Position numbers and translations under genes: made by a program. The notes beneath the pieces are model-generated. The model saw only the letters and a program-made list of their open reading frames with translations, did no database searches and was not told where the DNA came from. A stretch of 64,000 nucleotides of DNA, taken from the human T2T-CHM13v2.0 reference genome, Homo sapiens. The stretch is taken from assembly GCF_009914755.1 (NCBI RefSeq), contig NC_060931.1. One strand, 5' to 3'. Below, one piece after another: positions 61,034 to 64,000 of the stretch (position 1 is its first letter; each line of letters opens with the position of its first letter).

Positions 61034-61496
61034 TGTTATGGGATGAGTTGTATTCCTCTAAAGATTATATGTTGAAGCCCTCACCCCCAGTACCTCAGAA
61101 TGTGACCTTATTTGGAAATAGGATCATTGCAGATGTAATTAATTAACATGAAGGCATATTGGAGTAAGGTGGGCCCTTAATTCAATATGACTGATGTCCT
61201 TTTAAAAAGAGGGAATTTGGAAACAGGGGCACACAGAGGGAACACCATGTGAAGATGAAGGCAGGGATCTGGGTGATGCTTCTGTATTTCAAGGAGCACA
61301 AAAGAGGGCCAGAAAATTACCAGAAGCTAGGAAAAGGGAAGGAACAAATTCTTCTTCACAGATTTTAGAAGGAACCAACCCTGTCAGCACCTTCATCTTA
61401 ACATCTAGTCTCCAGAACAGTGAGACAATAAATTTCTGTTGTTTAAGCCACTCCGTGTATGGTATTTTGTTACAGCAACCCTAGCAAACTTATATT
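61034..61496 (+). mobile_element. MLT1C-like MaLR solo LTR
   Basis: ccccagtacctcagaatgtgaccttatttggaaatagg...aataaatttctgttgtttaagccac. Confidence 0.88.
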
Positions 61497-61774
61497 TGTT
61501 GGTATGAAATTATTGGTTGTAAAGAGCAATGAAAGACTTCTTTTTTACATGTGGAGAAAGGTGACATGGCATTGTGATGGAAATTTAAAAGATATGATTA
61601 CCTGAAAACTCTGAGCCTAAAGATGGAATTCTGGGCTAGATCAATTGAATTTAGATAAACAGCAAGAAGAAAAAGTACATCACTTTGGGAGAAGTCTCTA
61701 GGATTCCTCATTAATCAGTTGGAAGTTGGATAAGTAGGGCATAGATAAAAACTGAATTAAACCACAGTACAGAG

Positions 61775-62101
61775 CTGTTCCATCCAATATGGTAGCTTCT
61801 AGCCACTTGTAACTACTGAGCACTTGAAATATGGCTGATCTAAATTAAAATATGTGGTAAGTGTAAAATATACACTGAATTTTGAAGAAAAAAAGGAAAA
61901 AATCAGGCAAAGTATCTCAATAACTTTTATACTGATTACATGTTAAAATGACACCATTTGGGGTATTTGAGATAAATAAAAATATTAAAACTAATGTCAC
62001 TTTTCTACCTTTACTTTTTAAAAGGTGTCTATAAGAAAAACTAAAATTATCAACATGCCTTACATTTGTGGCTCACAGTATATTTCTACTGGACAGTGCC
62101 C
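61775..62101. mobile_element. MER33/MER3-type hAT-Charlie MITE
   Basis: tccaatatggtagc..tagccac..tgagcacttgaaat...tatttctactggacagtg; flanked by atctagag, which fits the NTCTAGAN target. Confidence 0.8.
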
Positions 62102-63129
62102 ATCTAGAGGTTCTCTCTAGAATCTGGGAAGATGAGTCCTCTATACATGTCTCAGAATACTTGGTGTTCTGAAAAGAGGTCTGTATACATCTCTTGATTT
62201 GTTTGGAATGAAAGATTCCTGTGGGGAATCATAAAACAGCTGACAAGAGTGATATATTTCAAGACAGTTTAGTGGAAACCAGGTTGCATTAATGGATATG
62301 GAAAACAGAGTGAAAAAAAAGTCTTTACAAGGAGTACAAATGCCAAAAGGACATCTGGATGGGGCAGTGTGGGGTTGCGCTTGGAAACACAGAAGCCCAA
62401 CAAAGTTTCCTCTTCCCCCTTTCCCCTCAGCATGCTGCAAGCTGGTTGAAAAAAAAAAGCTGGGTGGAAAAGCAAGAAGTATTTTGTCACTATTGCTGAG
62501 GGACCCTCTTCTAATGGACGCTGCAGGAGGAATGTGAGAAAGCCCCAAACCAAGTTTAGAGGGAAATTTCTAGCTGTTGCCTTAAAGAGTGTCAATGCCC
62601 AAGGGCATCTGAGGCTGAAAATGATTTTAAGGTAATTGAGTATTCTCAGGGGGCACTAAAGTGTTGGGGGCCCAGGAACAGCAAAGGGGAGAGTGTACTT
62701 TGAAGAGATTTTCCTGTGGGGCTGCCCTCCAACCCTCCTTTGGAGAACTCACAAATTGGCAAGAAAAGCTAAGGCCCACAGTCCCATCAATTTAGCAGTT
62801 GTGATTATTCATCCAGAGGTCCAAAGGCACACACCACCAAAGGGACCTCACCCAGGACCCACAAACCCACATACAACTAGGTGATTCATCCCAGAGTCAC
62901 ATTCATCCACAGGCACAGAGGTAAGATGGAGAAGCCATAGGAGTTAGACACCTGCAAGGACTCTTTTTAGCTAAAATTCAGGAAAAAGCTAAAATTTAAG
63001 AAAAAACTGTTTATTCTGGCTTATAGAGAGCTTTATCTTTCAGAAGAGAGAGGAAAGCAGCTTCTGATGAAAGTTCCCTGGAATCATATCACAAGGCTCT
63101 GATCTGCCTCTTCACCATGTGTTTTAATA

Positions 63130-63910
63130 ATTCAGATGAGGATATTGATGTCAGATTGACCAGACTTTGAATAAAACAAAATGTGGAGGAATGGTTAATT
63201 GGTGTGTGACAGAATCAATATCCAAAACACACTAAACAATGGGCTAAAACCTGACTGATGAAATATATCACACAAAAAGGTAATGTCATGTCCTTAGTTT
63301 AAAAGAAGTTTAAGTGTAGGATGAGAAATGCATGAATAAACATGACTTGTGAGTTTTCATTGACCTCATGCTCACTAGAAGTCCACTGTGTAAAGAGATG
63401 TCCAGGAGTTAATGAGACTTCAGCCTTCGTTAATGAAGTCCAAATGGAAAGAGGTGATTGTCTCACTCTAATTCATGCTGGTCAAACCACACTTAATGTG
63501 TTAAGTTCAATTCAGGTACCACATTCCCAAAGACTCCTGCCAAACTAGAGACTTTTCCAAAGAAAACTACCAGAATGATAAAAGACCTTACATCATTTCA
63601 CATGGGGAAGAAAACCCAAGAAACTGGGAAGGATTTACCAGAAAAAACAGAACTGAAAGTTTGAAAGGCCATGGCATAGAAAATTAATTAGACTTGTTTT
63701 GATGATCCTGAGAAGTGGAGCCAAAACCAGCAGCTAGAGGTTTCAGGGAGACCAATCACTGTTAAAAGCAAAGAGGCAGTTGGTGACCATTGGAGCTATG
63801 CAAAATACCTGGAACAGAAAACACGGAGCTCTCCCTGGAGTTGGCATTTTCAGCAGGGTCTTTTAACTCCTTGCCAGGGGTGGTTGAGAAAGATTCATGC
63901 ACAGAGAATA
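63130..63910 (+). mobile_element. L3/CR1 LINE remnant
   Basis: gctggtcaaaccacactt...gttcaattcaggtaccacatt...aaactagag...accagaatgataaaag, typical CR1 3' region. Confidence 0.65.
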
Positions 63911-64000
63911 AGACTTCTGTGAATATAAAATCTGCAAGTCACTTATTCCTGACCATAATTTCTGCCTGACACCTCCAATACATACTTCCCACCCACTTCA

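Noticed and set aside
62141-62884. Overlapping 63-135 aa ORFs and NF-kB/ETS-like motifs
   Set aside because: No recognisable domain or exon structure; the motifs are imperfect and short.

Overview
Primate (very probably human) non-coding DNA made up mostly of transposable elements. I found no intact protein-coding gene, RNA gene or CRISPR array, and almost all of the supplied ORFs are repeat-derived or chance. Main features: a THE1C MaLR provirus (2144-4463, TSD GAATA); a near full-length HERV-L/MLT2A provirus (14235-21022, minus strand) nested in an L1MA; an older MLT2F/ERVL whose 5' half is inverted relative to its 3' half (about 23125-26810); an L1HS-like 1.2 kb fragment lacking both ends and any TSD (43700-44908); an RPL31 processed pseudogene (46432-46887); a full-length L1PA2/3 with a 15-bp TSD and a ~175-bp 3' transduction (50447-56651); and an MSTA-type provirus (58516-60376). 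There are also many Alu, MIR, L2, L3, MER and solo LTR copies. I cannot support a wholly new biological system. The best leads are mechanistic: two L1 3' transductions, a non-canonical young L1 insertion, recurrent fold-back templated insertions in ERVL/MaLR LTRs, a cluster of DUX4-motif LTRs, and a few candidate non-coding exons. Subfamily names come from recalled consensus sequences and need RepeatMasker/Dfam confirmation. Boundaries of old repeats are approximate.
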